64,000 bases of DNA from a virus. The stretch's first letter is position 1. Every line of letters begins with the position of its first letter. This document shows, in pieces, positions 21,042-31,974 of the stretch. The translations under genes were made by a program, and so were the position numbers. The notes below the pieces were generated by a model that was given only the letters and a program-made list of their open reading frames with translations, was not told where the DNA came from and did no database searches. The stretch spans positions 36,855-100,854 of the IMG/VR virus record IMGVR_UViG_3300046713_000096; one strand, given 5' to 3'.

Positions 21042-21503
21042 TCAAGTTCCCTGCATAGGTGTCGGGCTGCATGCCGCCTTCTTTCGCGCGCGCACCGCGC
21101 GCCGATTGCATTTGACCGAGCAGTAGATCGCGTCGACGCGACGACCCTTCACGCAACGACCACAGACCGAGCATGTGCGAGCCGTCTGCTTTCGAGCCTT
21201 CTTGCGCCGATAGTAAGCCTGCAGCGAAAGGTGTCGAATCCGGCACGCGTCCGAACAATAACGCGTGTTGCCACGGTACGGGCAGAACTGCACCTCGCAC
21301 CCTTTTCGCTTGCAGGTGATCAGGCCCCGACGAAACATGCGCGTGCGAAGAGCGCGCAGCGAATGGCGCCTTTTCGCATCGCGTTTGCGCTCGACGTAGT
21401 CGCTGTGCCGATGCCAGCCGATGGCCCGCAATCGTTCGGCATGATGCGACTGTGCATCGCAGAACACCTCGATCACGTCGGCAGTTAGATCAAGCCATGT
21501 CAT
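21042..21503 (-). CDS. Tandem zinc-finger protein
   Basis: YCSDACR and YCSVKC repeats. Confidence 0.55.
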   Translation of the reverse strand: MTWLDLTADVIEVFCDAQSHHAERLRAIGWHRHSDYVERKRDAKRRHSLRALRTRMFRRGLITCKRKGCEVQFCPYRGNTRYCSDACRIRHLSLQAYYRRKKARKQTARTCSVCGRCVKGRRVDAIYCSVKCNRRAVRARKKAACSPTPMQGT

Positions 21504-21949
21504 TTTGTGGATCTCGGCACGCGATGCACTCGCCTGTCACAAGACTGATCGGGCCCGCTTCATGATCGGTCGCGCCGCAGTTGCAACAACAAGGCAGACA
21601 GGTCGCGCACCAAAAGATCTCTTCTGGATCGAGCGGACCGGCACATGCTGCGCATTCGAGCACGGCCACTCTCACCGCTTCCGCTTCCGCTCGGTCGAGC
21701 TCGCGAGCACATGCCGGCGAACGTTCTTCCGGACGTCGACGACCTCTCGCTTCACTTCGCCCGGATACGGCGGCGGCGGCAAGCGAACCTCGCTCAGCGC
21801 GCGCTCAAGCGCCTTGTGCAGCGTCGAGCCTTCGAGCTCGGTCGCGACAAACGAGTACAGAGCACACAGCCCTTGCTTGCCGGCTTCGTTCGGATCGCAT
21901 TCGCTGTTCAGTAGCGCTGCCTGCACTTCTTGAAAAACGGTGTTGTCGC

Positions 21950-22399
21950 TCATGCTGCACCCTTGTTGTTTTTCACGATGCGAAGATGACCCTTCATCTG
22001 TCGCGCCTGATTGCGATCGGCTTTCGCTTTCGCGTTGGCTCGGTGGCCAGCGTTCGCCAAGATCTCGCGCTGCACTTCGATCGGCGCATCGGGCAACCAC
22101 ACCCGGCCAATGTCTAGCACTGGCGAAGACAGCGCATAGACGAACGGCCACGGGATGCTGCACCACATGCGCAGGCTCGCGCCCTCGCCAAACGACAGAG
22201 TGCCGCTCAGCGCTTCGCTGTCGCACTTCAAGTCATGGATCGGCCGTGGCAGGTCGAAGCCCCATTCGAGCACGAGGCTAGGCGTCGCGCGCAGGTAGCC
22301 CGGCACGACGACTTGTTTCGGGCGCGGATCAAGATGAACTCTCAAGAGGCCGTGACCCATCCAATTGATCGCGATCTCTGACTTGCTCGGCTGATCCAT
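21950..22399 (-). CDS. sspB: SspB-like ClpXP specificity adaptor
   Basis: VHLDPR, VVVP, LVLEWG, GTLSF and IPWPFVYAL core motifs, plus a C-terminal HLRIVK resembling the ClpX-binding LRVVK. Confidence 0.75.
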   Translation of the reverse strand: MDQPSKSEIAINWMGHGLLRVHLDPRPKQVVVPGYLRATPSLVLEWGFDLPRPIHDLKCDSEALSGTLSFGEGASLRMWCSIPWPFVYALSSPVLDIGRVWLPDAPIEVQREILANAGHRANAKAKADRNQARQMKGHLRIVKNNKGAA

Positions 22400-22753
22400 T
22401 GCCGGAAGTACCGGGCGGGCTCGATGGTCGCTGACCGCCCTTCGCGTTCTCGATCAGCTTCGCGTATTCGCTGCCCGAAAAGACCTCGGGCGCCATTGCG
22501 AGCGCGACGACAATCAGGGTGCGGAAGCGCGCAGCCTTCGGCAGCGCCCCGAGGATCGCGGACACGTGCGTCATGGCCTGCAGCTCAAGCACAAGCATTC
22601 CGGGCTCGGCAGCTGGCGGCACGTGCGAGAACAAAGGTGCTTCGAGCACTTTGCGCAGGCGCTCGACGGCCTGACAAAAGGCCATCATGCACAGCTCATC
22701 ACGGAACCTGTGATCGTAGGCCGCGACGACGGCGAGTGCGAGCTCGCGCAAAG

Positions 22754-23128
22754 TCACTTCGCACCTTCTTCTGTCGGTCGAGCGCGCTCGAACTTCCGCT
22801 TGTAGTATTCGCTTTGCACTTCGTGCTCGCAGGCGATCGCTGCGTTCGCGGTCATGAGCGCCTCGCGCACCTTGCGGATCGCTGCCATCTGATCGGCACC
22901 GGGCGGTGTGAACTCTGCAATGTACGTCGCGAGTTGCTTGCTCAGCCGACGAGTCTCTTCGTAGCGCGCTGTTTGGCCCGGTCGTGGCGGATGGTGCATG
23001 AACCAGTTGTCGAGATCGATCGCGTCGACGATCGGAACGAACGGGCGGTCAAGATCACCTTCTTCGGTCGTGTTGCGTGCCTTCATTGTCAGGGCTCTCG
23101 GTGTTGGGGGTTGCCACATCACTTCCAC
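22754..23128 (-). CDS. Acb2/Tad1-like helical hairpin protein
   Basis: NWFMHHPPRPGQTARYEETR...AIRKVREALMTANAAIAC, matched to a family pattern recalled from memory. Start uncertain. Confidence 0.55.
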   Translation of the reverse strand: MEVMWQPPTPRALTMKARNTTEEGDLDRPFVPIVDAIDLDNWFMHHPPRPGQTARYEETRRLSKQLATYIAEFTPPGADQMAAIRKVREALMTANAAIACEHEVQSEYYKRKFERARPTEEGAK

Positions 23129-23910
23129 TAGCTACCCGGTCCGGGCCGCTGTGGCTGAAACTCTCTTGCGGCGCGGTCGGGCCCCGTGCGATACCGAGCC
23201 AGCCAAGAGCTCTATGACGATGACATTCGAACAGGCCAAAGCTCGCGCCTATGGCGTAGCGTTCGGCGCATTTTTTCGTGTGATGCGACGACTCGTCGGC
23301 GAGACAGGTATCGCCCGCCTCGCAGGCGACAGCGACGATCACTTCACGCTGATCAGCGTCGGCGACGGCAAGGCGTTCGCGGTGCACGTGATGGTCAAGT
23401 GCGGCCCGATCTTCAACGCGTCCGAGCTCGACGCAATCATCGACCCGCCGTCGACGCTCGACCCCACGAAGAACTAAGAGGTGACACTGTGGCCATCACG
23501 ACGCGGCCCTATATTCGCTGCAACACGTGCCAGCGGAAGAGCTACAGCGAAAACGACATTCGGCATCGTTTTTGTGGGGCATGTGACAAATTCCACGATG
23601 ACCCGAGCAGCTACACGCTTGGATCGACCGACCGCGTAGCGTCACCTGACGAGCTGCATCAGATGGCCAATGCATGCGCGCTGTACCTGACGCAGGCCGA
23701 GCTCTCGACCGTGGTGAAAGCGTTTCTCGAATGCAATGACGAGCTCATGCGAGAGCTCTCCCTGCAGCACGGCAACGACGCACCGATCACGCCGCTCGAT
23801 TGGGCGCGGATAATGTTCACGAGCGCACACGCGGCGCTCGCGTCGCGAGAAGTCGATAACGCGATCAGGCTGTGCTTCGGGGCGCGCAAAGACAAAAAGG
23901 AACCGACACC

Positions 23911-24351
23911 ATGACAGAGACGGCCACGCTGAAGTCATATCGCCACTACAAAGGGGGCACGTACACGCTTCTGCACGTCGCGCGTAGCAGCGAAGAGCGC
24001 GAAACGCTGCTCGCTGTCTACGTCTCGCATCAGACGCAAGCCGTATGGGTGCGCCCATGGGTGATGTTCAATGAACCGGTGCGCTGGCCTGACGGCGAGA
24101 TCCGCGCGCGCTTCTCCGAAATGGCGCCCAAGCGCTGGCGCCTGATCGGTCACGACACGCTCGAAGGCGCCGACTATCCATTGACCGAACACGACAGCGA
24201 AGAAGCGGCGCAGCGAGCTGCAAGTGAACGAATGCGCATGCTCGAAAGCACACAGCCCTCGCGCTCGTCGGGCGGGCAAGACGGCATACAAGATCGCGTG
24301 TACATCGAGCGCCCTGACGGTTCGCGCTTCCGCTTCGGTGGCACCCCATGA
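23911..24351 (+). CDS. DUF1653-domain protein
   Basis: YRHYKGGTY and VWVRPWVMF. Confidence 0.8.
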   Translation: MTETATLKSYRHYKGGTYTLLHVARSSEERETLLAVYVSHQTQAVWVRPWVMFNEPVRWPDGEIRARFSEMAPKRWRLIGHDTLEGADYPLTEHDSEEAAQRAASERMRMLESTQPSRSSGGQDGIQDRVYIERPDGSRFRFGGTP

Positions 24352-26516
24352 CGCACACCTATGCCTTCCTCGAAGTGCTTCCCTCGACGTGGCATGACGT
24401 CCGCAAGCGTCTCGAACAGGCCGACTACGTTCACGCCTTCCACGACAACGCGATCGACATGCACGGGCTCGCGCTGATCGAAATGCGTCGACCGCCATAC
24501 GAGGGCGAGAGCATCTTCGCGCGAATCGAGCGTGGCGACTATGACTACCCAATCGACGACGTCACGGGCGAGGTCGACACGAACGCGATCGAACGCTTCA
24601 ACCGCGAGGCGCTGCACTTCGTCGGCCTCACCGATCACCCGAAGGCGACCGAGATCTTCAACTTCTGCACGGGGCTCGTCGCGCACCACGTCGATCTCGA
24701 CATCAAAGACACCGTCGGGTTTATGCGCAAATACAAGACAGAGATCGTGCGGAAGCTCGAAACGATCGCCTCGTTCATGCAGTGACGCGAACAGGGCGCC
24801 TTGCGATGAACGAGGCGCCCGCCTCACTGCACGTCGAGTGCGCCACCCAAGAGCGCGCGAACTTCAGCGCGCACCGACTGCCGCACCATAAGGCGCAAGC
24901 TAAGCGCCAATCGATCCGCGACCTCTTTCTCGTCATTCGGATCAAGAGCTTCGTGTGTCTTCTGCATGCCGGGATACTTCGCGAGCACAGCGGACGGCAC
25001 CTTGACGTTGCTCTTCGCGTGCCCATTCGTCGCCGTCTTCGCAACAACCTTCGCAGTTGCCGCCTTCTTCGCGGCCTTGCGCTTCTTGCCCTTGGCTTTC
25101 AGCTGCGCCTCGAACCTCGCTTGGTGACGAACCTGATGAACGGCCTGTCGCGAGATGTCGATGCCTTCAGCCTTGCCAGCCGCGATGACCTCGTCGACCG
25201 AAGCCGTGGGCCGTGCTCTCACGAAAGCAGCTTTCGACACTTTGCTTTTTTGCTTCTGCGTCATAACTCTTGGCCTATCCTTTCTAGGGTTTCGGTGTCT
25301 ATCATTTTGCGCCACGGCTGACAACTTTGCCCCGGGGAACCGACGCACATGGCTGAAGACGCTCGCACGATGAAGCTCTACATCCTGCACACCGCAGCAA
25401 CGCATGAAGAAGTCACCGAGTGCGGCGCATGGCTCGCGACGAAAACCGGGCAGCTTGCTGTGTTCGACGAAGCGCCAAGCGGCTACGTCGTCGCAGCGCC
25501 CGCCGATACGGTGTGGACGCAGACGCGTTGGCTCGCCGCGATCGCGGTGCTGAGCGCTTCGCCCTTCGTCTTTCGCTTCGCGCAGCACTTCGCGCCCGGC
25601 TTGACGCCGCTGCAAGGCTTCGGCGTCGGATGGATCGCCGCCGTGCTCGTGTTGCTTCTCGGGCGTAACGCTATGAGAGCGCCATGACCGAACGCTTCTA
25701 TCGCGACGCCCCCGAGTATCGCGCGGCCGTGCGAGCTCGAAAGCTGAAGCTCGCAGGTGCCATCGCCTTCGCGTTCATTCTCGGGGGCGCGCTGTGCGCG
25801 CTCGGCTTCGCCGCGCTGCGCTTTGGATGGCCATGACGGGCCCCGATTGGATCAAGGTCGCTTTTTTGCTTTGGCTCGTCGCGCGGGACTTTTTCGACGG
25901 GCCCGCGGACTGGCCTGACGAGCCGGAAGAGTGACGGCGGGGTTATACTGTGACAGCTCGAACGTGTCGCCCGAGAACGCTGCCATCGCCGACACCGCGC
26001 CGATCTCGAAGAGCCGTGCGAGCGAATGCGGGTGCGCCGTGATGAACTTCAGCAAGCGATCGTAAAAGTCTTCGCTGAAGAGCGCTTGCTCTCGCAGCTC
26101 GCCGATCTCAATCACGACTCTCGTTTTCATGACCTTCGTGCGCTTCATGGTGTTCCGCCTTTCGGACGACCGATCAGTCATCGTCATCGTCGTCTTGGTG
26201 GCGCCCGAACAGATTGTAAACGTTGAGCGCGAAATTCGTGAAGCGCTCGACCTTTTCGCGTGCCGTGTGCTCGTTCGATGCGTTGCCGGTCATTGCGATG
26301 ACGGGTTCGCTCTCGACGTCATTGTCGTCGACGTGAATCGTCAACGACCAACGATATCGGCTCGTGTTCGGATTCGGCGACTGAGTCTTCGACGCTCGCT
26401 CGCCCGATGTCGGTGCCAGCGTCGCGAGCTCAATAGTCTGATTGATTCGGTATTTCTTCGACGCCATGTGCGAGCCTTTCACGAACCCGGGGCGGCCCGA
26501 GCAGTCTGCAGTTTTC

Positions 26517-28201
26517 GGGTAACTACCTGAACGAGGGTAACTGTATGAACGACCGGGCCGACCTCGTCGCGCCAAAGGGGTCGACGGTTCTTCGGGTAAC
26601 TGCCTGACGGGTCATGCGCCAGCCGTCGACCACTCGCTCAGTAGGGCAAGCAGGTCGGGGCTCGTGCCGCACGCGGCCCGCCATTCGTGCCACCGGTCGA
26701 CCAGTGCCGAGACATCGTCGCGCGACGTGACCGGGCACGGTGTCTCGTTCCACCAAAACCACGTGACGACGAGCACGCTCGACATCTTCGCGCGCGTGTC
26801 GAGACAGATGGCCGCTGCATCGTTGACAGTGCCGCCCTTCTTCGCTTTCCCGCGCCAGTGCCAAACGCCCGCCCGGTCCTGCATCCATTTGTTTACGCCG
26901 CCCATTCGGCGAACAGTGCCACGGGCCCGGGGACAGTGCCAAGTCATCTGCGTCGCGCGGCCCGACCGACGGCGGACCGAGGTGTCAGCGGTAACGGGTA
27001 ACTGTTTGAACGAAGGCGCCTTTCGGGTAACTGTTTGAATGACACCCCGTGGGTAACTGATTGGCGGAAAACAGGCCCCGGGGCGGCTTCGGGTTTCATA
27101 CCCGGGGCCATGCCTGGCACTGTCGCTCGGATTCCCGAACGCGCGTCAGCGCGAACGAAGGGCCCTTCGAGCTGTCTCGCCTTTCATGGGTCATTCAGTT
27201 ACCCATCAGCTCGGCAGAATGGTCGAAGCGACAGCTCGACCCCTCTGCTCGCTCTGCCGAATCGACACCGCTGCCCCGTGGGCGATAAACCGCCCGCATA
27301 GACCGACCGATTAGTAGCGTCGCCCTTGTGGGTCCGCCATCACTGCCGACCGTGTAGGATAGGTCGGAAGGGAGCCCTCACTAGTGGGGAGGGGGTACCC
27401 CATTCATACAGTTACCCTACCTCGTTCACATAGTTACCCGAGGCCCGGCTGTACTACTGGGTAACTGTTAGAACGATGCCGGCCCCTCACGCCAATCATT
27501 CACACAGTTACCCTACACCGTTCTACTAGTTACCCGGCACACGGGTAACTGTCAGAACGAATCCAGGTAACCATGTGACCGATGCATACACCTGCACGAC
27601 CTGGATGCCCTGTCAGTCCTGTCGAGCTGCAGTAAGACAGGGCTAACAGGGGGTGGCGCAGGGGGCGGGGCGAGTCAGTTGGGACCGGGATGTTCACGCT
27701 GTGCTCTATTCGGGATTCCACAGATACAGCATGGATGAGCTGCACAGGGGGATGCTCTTTTCCCTGGCTCTCATACATACGCTGCAGGTGCACGCACAAC
27801 CGGGGTGCATGCGCGCTACTGATGGGTGAGAGCATAGCGTTACGCATGGATTGAGCTGACGTGGTGACAGGGGACAGAAGGTCACGTTTCCCCTACTGGC
27901 TCGTGTGGTGTATTCGGGGAATGCGCTTGATAGGTTGGGCGGTTGTTTTGTGGCTGGCACTGGGTTGCTGCACTCCTATCCCCGAGCTCTCGCGTACTGT
28001 GTAGAGGTGCATTCGTGCTGCCTAGCAAGGGGTTGCACGTACTAGCCTGCAGGCGCTTAGCGTCACGTAGCGGGCTTGCCCTATGCGCTCCTACTCCCAT
28101 GCTCTAGATGCGCACTTCGGCGAGCTCCGCTTTCAGGTCGTGTTTTCGGGCGCAGGTGAGTGCGTGAAGAGCTATGCTCGCATAGGGGTAACTGCGTGAA
28201 C
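26517..28201. repeat. Dispersed GGGTAACTGTNTGAAC repeats (about 14 copies, both orientations)
   Basis: Forward cores at 26517, 26535, 26594, 26996, 27025, 27051, 27459, 27543 and 28186. Reverse cores at 27196, 27409, 27431, 27505 and 27527. Confidence 0.85.
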
Positions 28202-28236
28202 GAAACGCGCAGCGTGATCCGAGGTCATGCGGGCGG

Positions 28237-28605
28237 TTATTTGCCTGACATTCGGCTCTCGATGTGTCCGCACACGCAGAGATACACGTGATGGATGTCG
28301 GTGCGCTCGTCTATCTCGAAGGCGCGCGCAGCTCCACAGGCAGAACACTTGCATGCCATCATGAACGCTGTGCGCGCCGCTTGCTCCACTTCGAACGCGT
28401 CCAGGCGCGCGCCGTACCCATGTTCAAAACGACCCGCAAGCACGTCGTAGCAGTCACTACGGCATTCGGCGCACACTGCGCTTTGTTCGTGCGTGTCTTG
28501 CAGGTCGTGGGCTACGCGCTTGCAGCATGAGCAAACCGGGCCCGCTGGATTCGGATCGGCGCCTTCGCGGTCACGTAGCGCTGTACGTAGCTCGTGCAGC
28601 TTCAT
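28237..28605 (-). CDS. MKLxxLR-family Zn-finger protein
   Basis: Starts MKLHELR; CSCC, CAEC, CSAC and CVCGH motifs. Confidence 0.65.
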   Translation of the reverse strand: MKLHELRTALRDREGADPNPAGPVCSCCKRVAHDLQDTHEQSAVCAECRSDCYDVLAGRFEHGYGARLDAFEVEQAARTAFMMACKCSACGAARAFEIDERTDIHHVYLCVCGHIESRMSGK

Positions 28606-29024
28606 CGGCGCGACTCCACGGCCACTAAACCGAGCAGTCGTGCCTTTTCGGACATGCACCGTTCGCAGATCATGCGATACGTCACGAGCTCGCCGTCGAC
28701 CCCACTGAACGACAGCGCTGTCGTCAGCGGCACGAGATCGCCCTTGTCGTCATACAGCGCTTCGCACATCGTACAGCCGTCGCACTTCGGGCATCGCGCA
28801 ATCGCGAGCGGCGACGTTTCGACCTCTTTCACGACGACGTAGGTCTTACAGCGCGGACACCGGAACGCATGCGCGCTTTCATCGGACTCGGATGCGAGAT
28901 CGACACCTGTGACGAAGGTGCGCCCGGGCGCAGGATCGGTGTTTTCGACCTCGTTTTCGTCGTCGAGGTCGTCATTGTCGTCTTTCGGCGCTTCGTACAG
29001 CTCGCGCAAGTCGCGCAGCTTCAT
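28602..29024 (-). CDS. MKLxxLR-family Zn-finger protein
   Basis: Starts MKLRDLR; CPRC, CPKC, CTMC and CERC motifs. ATGA overlap with the next gene. Confidence 0.65.
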   Translation of the reverse strand: MKLRDLRELYEAPKDDNDDLDDENEVENTDPAPGRTFVTGVDLASESDESAHAFRCPRCKTYVVVKEVETSPLAIARCPKCDGCTMCEALYDDKGDLVPLTTALSFSGVDGELVTYRMICERCMSEKARLLGLVAVESRR

Positions 29025-29034
29025 TTTGTCGACC

Positions 29035-29301
29035 TCACACGTATGAATCGCAATTTGCGCACACGCTCGGCACAGAGGGCAGGCTCGGATCAGGCACAAA
29101 GTACTTCAGACACTTCTTGCACCGATACATGCGCCCTTTGACCGGGCCGTCTTTCGTCTTCAGCGTGAACGAGATACCGAATTCGTCCTTTGGCGCGCGC
29201 TTGCGCCTCTTGCCGTGCCGATTCTTCCCTGCACGGGGCTTCGGTGCGCCCTGCACGTAGTCGGGCTCTCGCAGGCGCTGGCGCAGCTCTTCGAGCTTCA
29301 T
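29035..29301 (-). CDS. MKLxxLR-family Zn-finger protein
   Basis: Starts MKLEELR; CKKC and CANC motifs. Confidence 0.65.
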   Translation of the reverse strand: MKLEELRQRLREPDYVQGAPKPRAGKNRHGKRRKRAPKDEFGISFTLKTKDGPVKGRMYRCKKCLKYFVPDPSLPSVPSVCANCDSYV

Positions 29302-29303
29302 GG

Positions 29304-29561
29304 CTAGAGCGGCCCCACGAGCCAGATGATCCCGCACGGGTTGCACCGGTATGCCGCCGTCGGCGCAGTGCCACGCGCTGACGGGTGCTCGCGGATGATC
29401 TCGGCTACGTCAGGATCGGTCAGCTGCGCCGGCACGCGCGGCCCTCGACACTTCGAGCATCGCAAGCGCACCTTGCGCGTCTTGCGCGTCGCGGCCTCGA
29501 TCGGCGCCTTCGTGGGCGGCCTATCCTTGCGTAAACGCTTGCGCAATTGGTCGAGCTTCAT
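29304..29561 (-). CDS. MKLxxLR-family Zn-finger protein
   Basis: Starts MKLDQLR; CSKC and CNPC motifs. Confidence 0.65.
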   Translation of the reverse strand: MKLDQLRKRLRKDRPPTKAPIEAATRKTRKVRLRCSKCRGPRVPAQLTDPDVAEIIREHPSARGTAPTAAYRCNPCGIIWLVGPL

Positions 29562-29792
29562 CGGCGAAAGCGTCTTTTCGCCCATGCCTGCACGCTGCGT
29601 CAACGAAGAAGCACCGAGCTCGCCGCGCGCAGGCGCTCGCGCAAGGCCGCTGCCCGCCACGTGGCGCCCCGTCCCGATCTAGGGCGCTACCTTCGCACCT
29701 GCCCGGGCCCGCTCGTCGCCTGCAGGCGCGTAAGCGCCAGCGGGTCAGTGTGCGACACGGTATGTGTGGAAGTTGCTTTTTCAGGCCGCAAA

Positions 29793-30251
29793 ATGACGTC
29801 AGACTCGATCCATGTGCCAAGCGCGCAAGCGAAACGCTTGAAAGCGCTCGCGAAGTTCGTGCTGCCGATCATCGGTATCGCAGCCGGCACCGCCTGGACA
29901 ACGACCGCGACATGGATCCGCACGCGCCCGAGCTCTGACGAGGTCGCGAAAACGACCGCGGAATGCACGACGCTCGCGAAAGACGCGCAGGATCAAGGCA
30001 AAACGCACCACGCACAGATCTATGCCCTGCAAGACGCCGCCTTGCAGCTGGCGCGCATCACGATCGGCCTGCACGCGCAGGCCGAAGTCGAGCGAGCCTA
30101 CAGCGGCAGCAAGCGCCTGCCCGAATACATCGATCGGGCGCGCAAGTTCTATACCGCCGAATTCGAGCGCGAACTTGACGAGCACCCGGGCGAGCTCGTG
30201 CGCGCTGTCAGGCAGGCGCAGCGGGTCGTGTGGCGACCCGACCGCGACTAG
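29793..30251 (+). CDS. Membrane-anchored coiled-coil protein
   Basis: TM segment FVLPIIGIAAGTAW followed by a helical region. Confidence 0.5.
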   Translation: MTSDSIHVPSAQAKRLKALAKFVLPIIGIAAGTAWTTTATWIRTRPSSDEVAKTTAECTTLAKDAQDQGKTHHAQIYALQDAALQLARITIGLHAQAEVERAYSGSKRLPEYIDRARKFYTAEFERELDEHPGELVRAVRQAQRVVWRPDRD

Positions 30252-30513
30252 GCTGCGCGTTCGCCCTTCTTCGCGCGCACGATCGCGAGACACGCCTCGC
30301 ACACGTGCGGATCCATCGTTGCCACCCAGCTCGGGGCTTGCGGTCGCCCGAGCATCGGGCGCCATACCGCAAGCCACTGCTCGCCCTCGTCGCGCCCCAT
30401 ATCGTCGTAGGTTGGCTCGCCGCCACACAACACCGGCTTCGTCGCATTCAGGCCGCGAAAGCCGCGCGTGCGACGGTCCTTCGCGCTCTGCTTTGCCTTG
30501 CGGATGTGGTGAA

Positions 30514-30675
30514 TCACTTCGCCACCTGCGCACCGGGCATGCGGCCTTCGAGCCGATACAGCTCAGCAAGCCACTTCGTGCGCTGTGCGAGAAGGTACGG
30601 GCACCACGAGATGCGCAGCATGCCCGTGTAGGTGTCGATGATCCCGAGCACTTGTTCTCGCGTGACGTTTTGCAT
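30514..30675 (-). CDS. Leaderless small protein (53 aa; not in the ORF track)
   Basis: MQNVTREQVLGIIDTYTGML...; ATG 6 nt after the -10. Confidence 0.65.
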   Translation of the reverse strand: MQNVTREQVLGIIDTYTGMLRISWCPYLLAQRTKWLAELYRLEGRMPGAQVAK

Positions 30676-30882
30676 ACTCATACTCTAGCGCGGTTTCGCT
30701 TCAACGCAAGCACTTTTCAAAACTGCCGCGTTACGCCCTACCTCCCATCGCTACCGCCCAAAATCGAACCCACCCCGCGATCCGTTTCGCGTCCCGCAAT
30801 GCCGCCTCTGCAACCACTTGCGCCGCAAACCCCGCCCACCACATGAATCCGCCACTCATTTTGTACGCTCCGGTTGTTTGTG

Positions 30883-31266
30883 TCATGCCTGCACGGCGTC
30901 GACGTCGCAAGCGGCTGCAAGCGCGCGACAGTGCACAGAGAACTCGCCGTGCGCCTTGATCAAGTCGCCCTGCAGGCTCAAGAGCGCGCGACCGATCGCA
31001 GGCTTCTCGCTGTACCCGCTCAAGAGCGCAGCGGCTTCTGATACGCGTGTGGCCATCGGCAGATACTTGCGCGCAGCGGCCTTGTCGTTCGTCGCGATGA
31101 AGTCAGCGAGGTACAGCGCGCACAGCTTGATCGCACTCGACAGGTCAGCGAAGGCGATGGCGCGCGCGTCGCACATCTTGAACGTGTTGGGCAAGCTCGC
31201 GATGTGCAAGGCCTGGCCATTGAGCGTGCGCACGATGCTGTCGGCCGTTTTCGAGTTCGATTTCAT
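30883..31266 (-). CDS. Leaderless hypothetical protein
   Basis: ATG 6 nt after TAGATT. Confidence 0.75.
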   Translation of the reverse strand: MKSNSKTADSIVRTLNGQALHIASLPNTFKMCDARAIAFADLSSAIKLCALYLADFIATNDKAAARKYLPMATRVSEAAALLSGYSEKPAIGRALLSLQGDLIKAHGEFSVHCRALAAACDVDAVQA

Positions 31267-31308
31267 ACGTTCAATCTAGCGCGGTTTCGCTTCAACGCAA
31301 CGACTTTT

Positions 31309-31485
31309 TCAGCGGGCTTCGCGCGCACGCTGAGCGGCGACGATTTCCGCTTCGAGATCATCGGCTTGCTTCTTGTACTGCGCGACGAGGTCGTCGAAGC
31401 CGGATGCTTGCGCAGCATCCATCAGCGACAGTTTGGCGGCCTTCTTCATGCGTAGGGCTTCGATCCGGGGCGTTGCGAACATCAT
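31309..31485 (-). CDS. Small helical protein (58 aa; not in the ORF track)
   Basis: MMFATPRIEALRMKKAAKL... Its stop lies in the A-tract of the next repeat. Confidence 0.55.
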   Translation of the reverse strand: MMFATPRIEALRMKKAAKLSLMDAAQASGFDDLVAQYKKQADDLEAEIVAAQRAREAR

Positions 31486-31537
31486 GGCGATCTACCTGCT
31501 TTCAATGCGGAAAGGGCCCCGAAGGGCCCGATCTCGT

Positions 31538-31900
31538 TCAGATTGCGACACCGAGGCCGCTGGCGGCCTCTGCCCATTCGGGGCGCTCGACTACGAGGCG
31601 CGAATCGTACGCGTTGCGCGGTTCCATGCTGCGACCGCCGTGCGCGTTCTGCAGGTACATGCACGCCTGCGCGCGCTCGCTCGGCACGTAGCCGACGAAG
31701 CGGCCCTTGTGGTTGTAGTGCGCGGTCACGAAGCCGCGGTCGACGAGTGTGCACAAGGCACTGTTGTCGATGTGGTTGATCGACGTGGCGCCCATGTCGG
31801 CCGCCGCATTTTGGAAGATGGTTTGCAAGGCCATGAAGGCCTTGCCCGAGAGCGTGCCCATCACGAAGGTTTCGACCACGATTGCTGCGAGATTCAACAT
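31538..31900 (-). CDS. Leaderless hypothetical protein
   Basis: ATG 6 nt after TAGGAT; hairpin follows the stop. Confidence 0.75.
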   Translation of the reverse strand: MLNLAAIVVETFVMGTLSGKAFMALQTIFQNAAADMGATSINHIDNSALCTLVDRGFVTAHYNHKGRFVGYVPSERAQACMYLQNAHGGRSMEPRNAYDSRLVVERPEWAEAASGLGVAI

Positions 31901-31974
31901 ACTCATATCCTAGCGCGGTTTCGCTTCAACGCAACAACTTTTTAGCTAGCGGTTGCTAGGGCCAGCAAGGTCGG

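Noticed and set aside
27266-27292. Solitary type I-E CRISPR-repeat mimic (CCCCG...GATAAACCG)
   Set aside because: Only the 3' end matches, the hairpin does not form properly, and it is a single copy, so it is compatible with chance.
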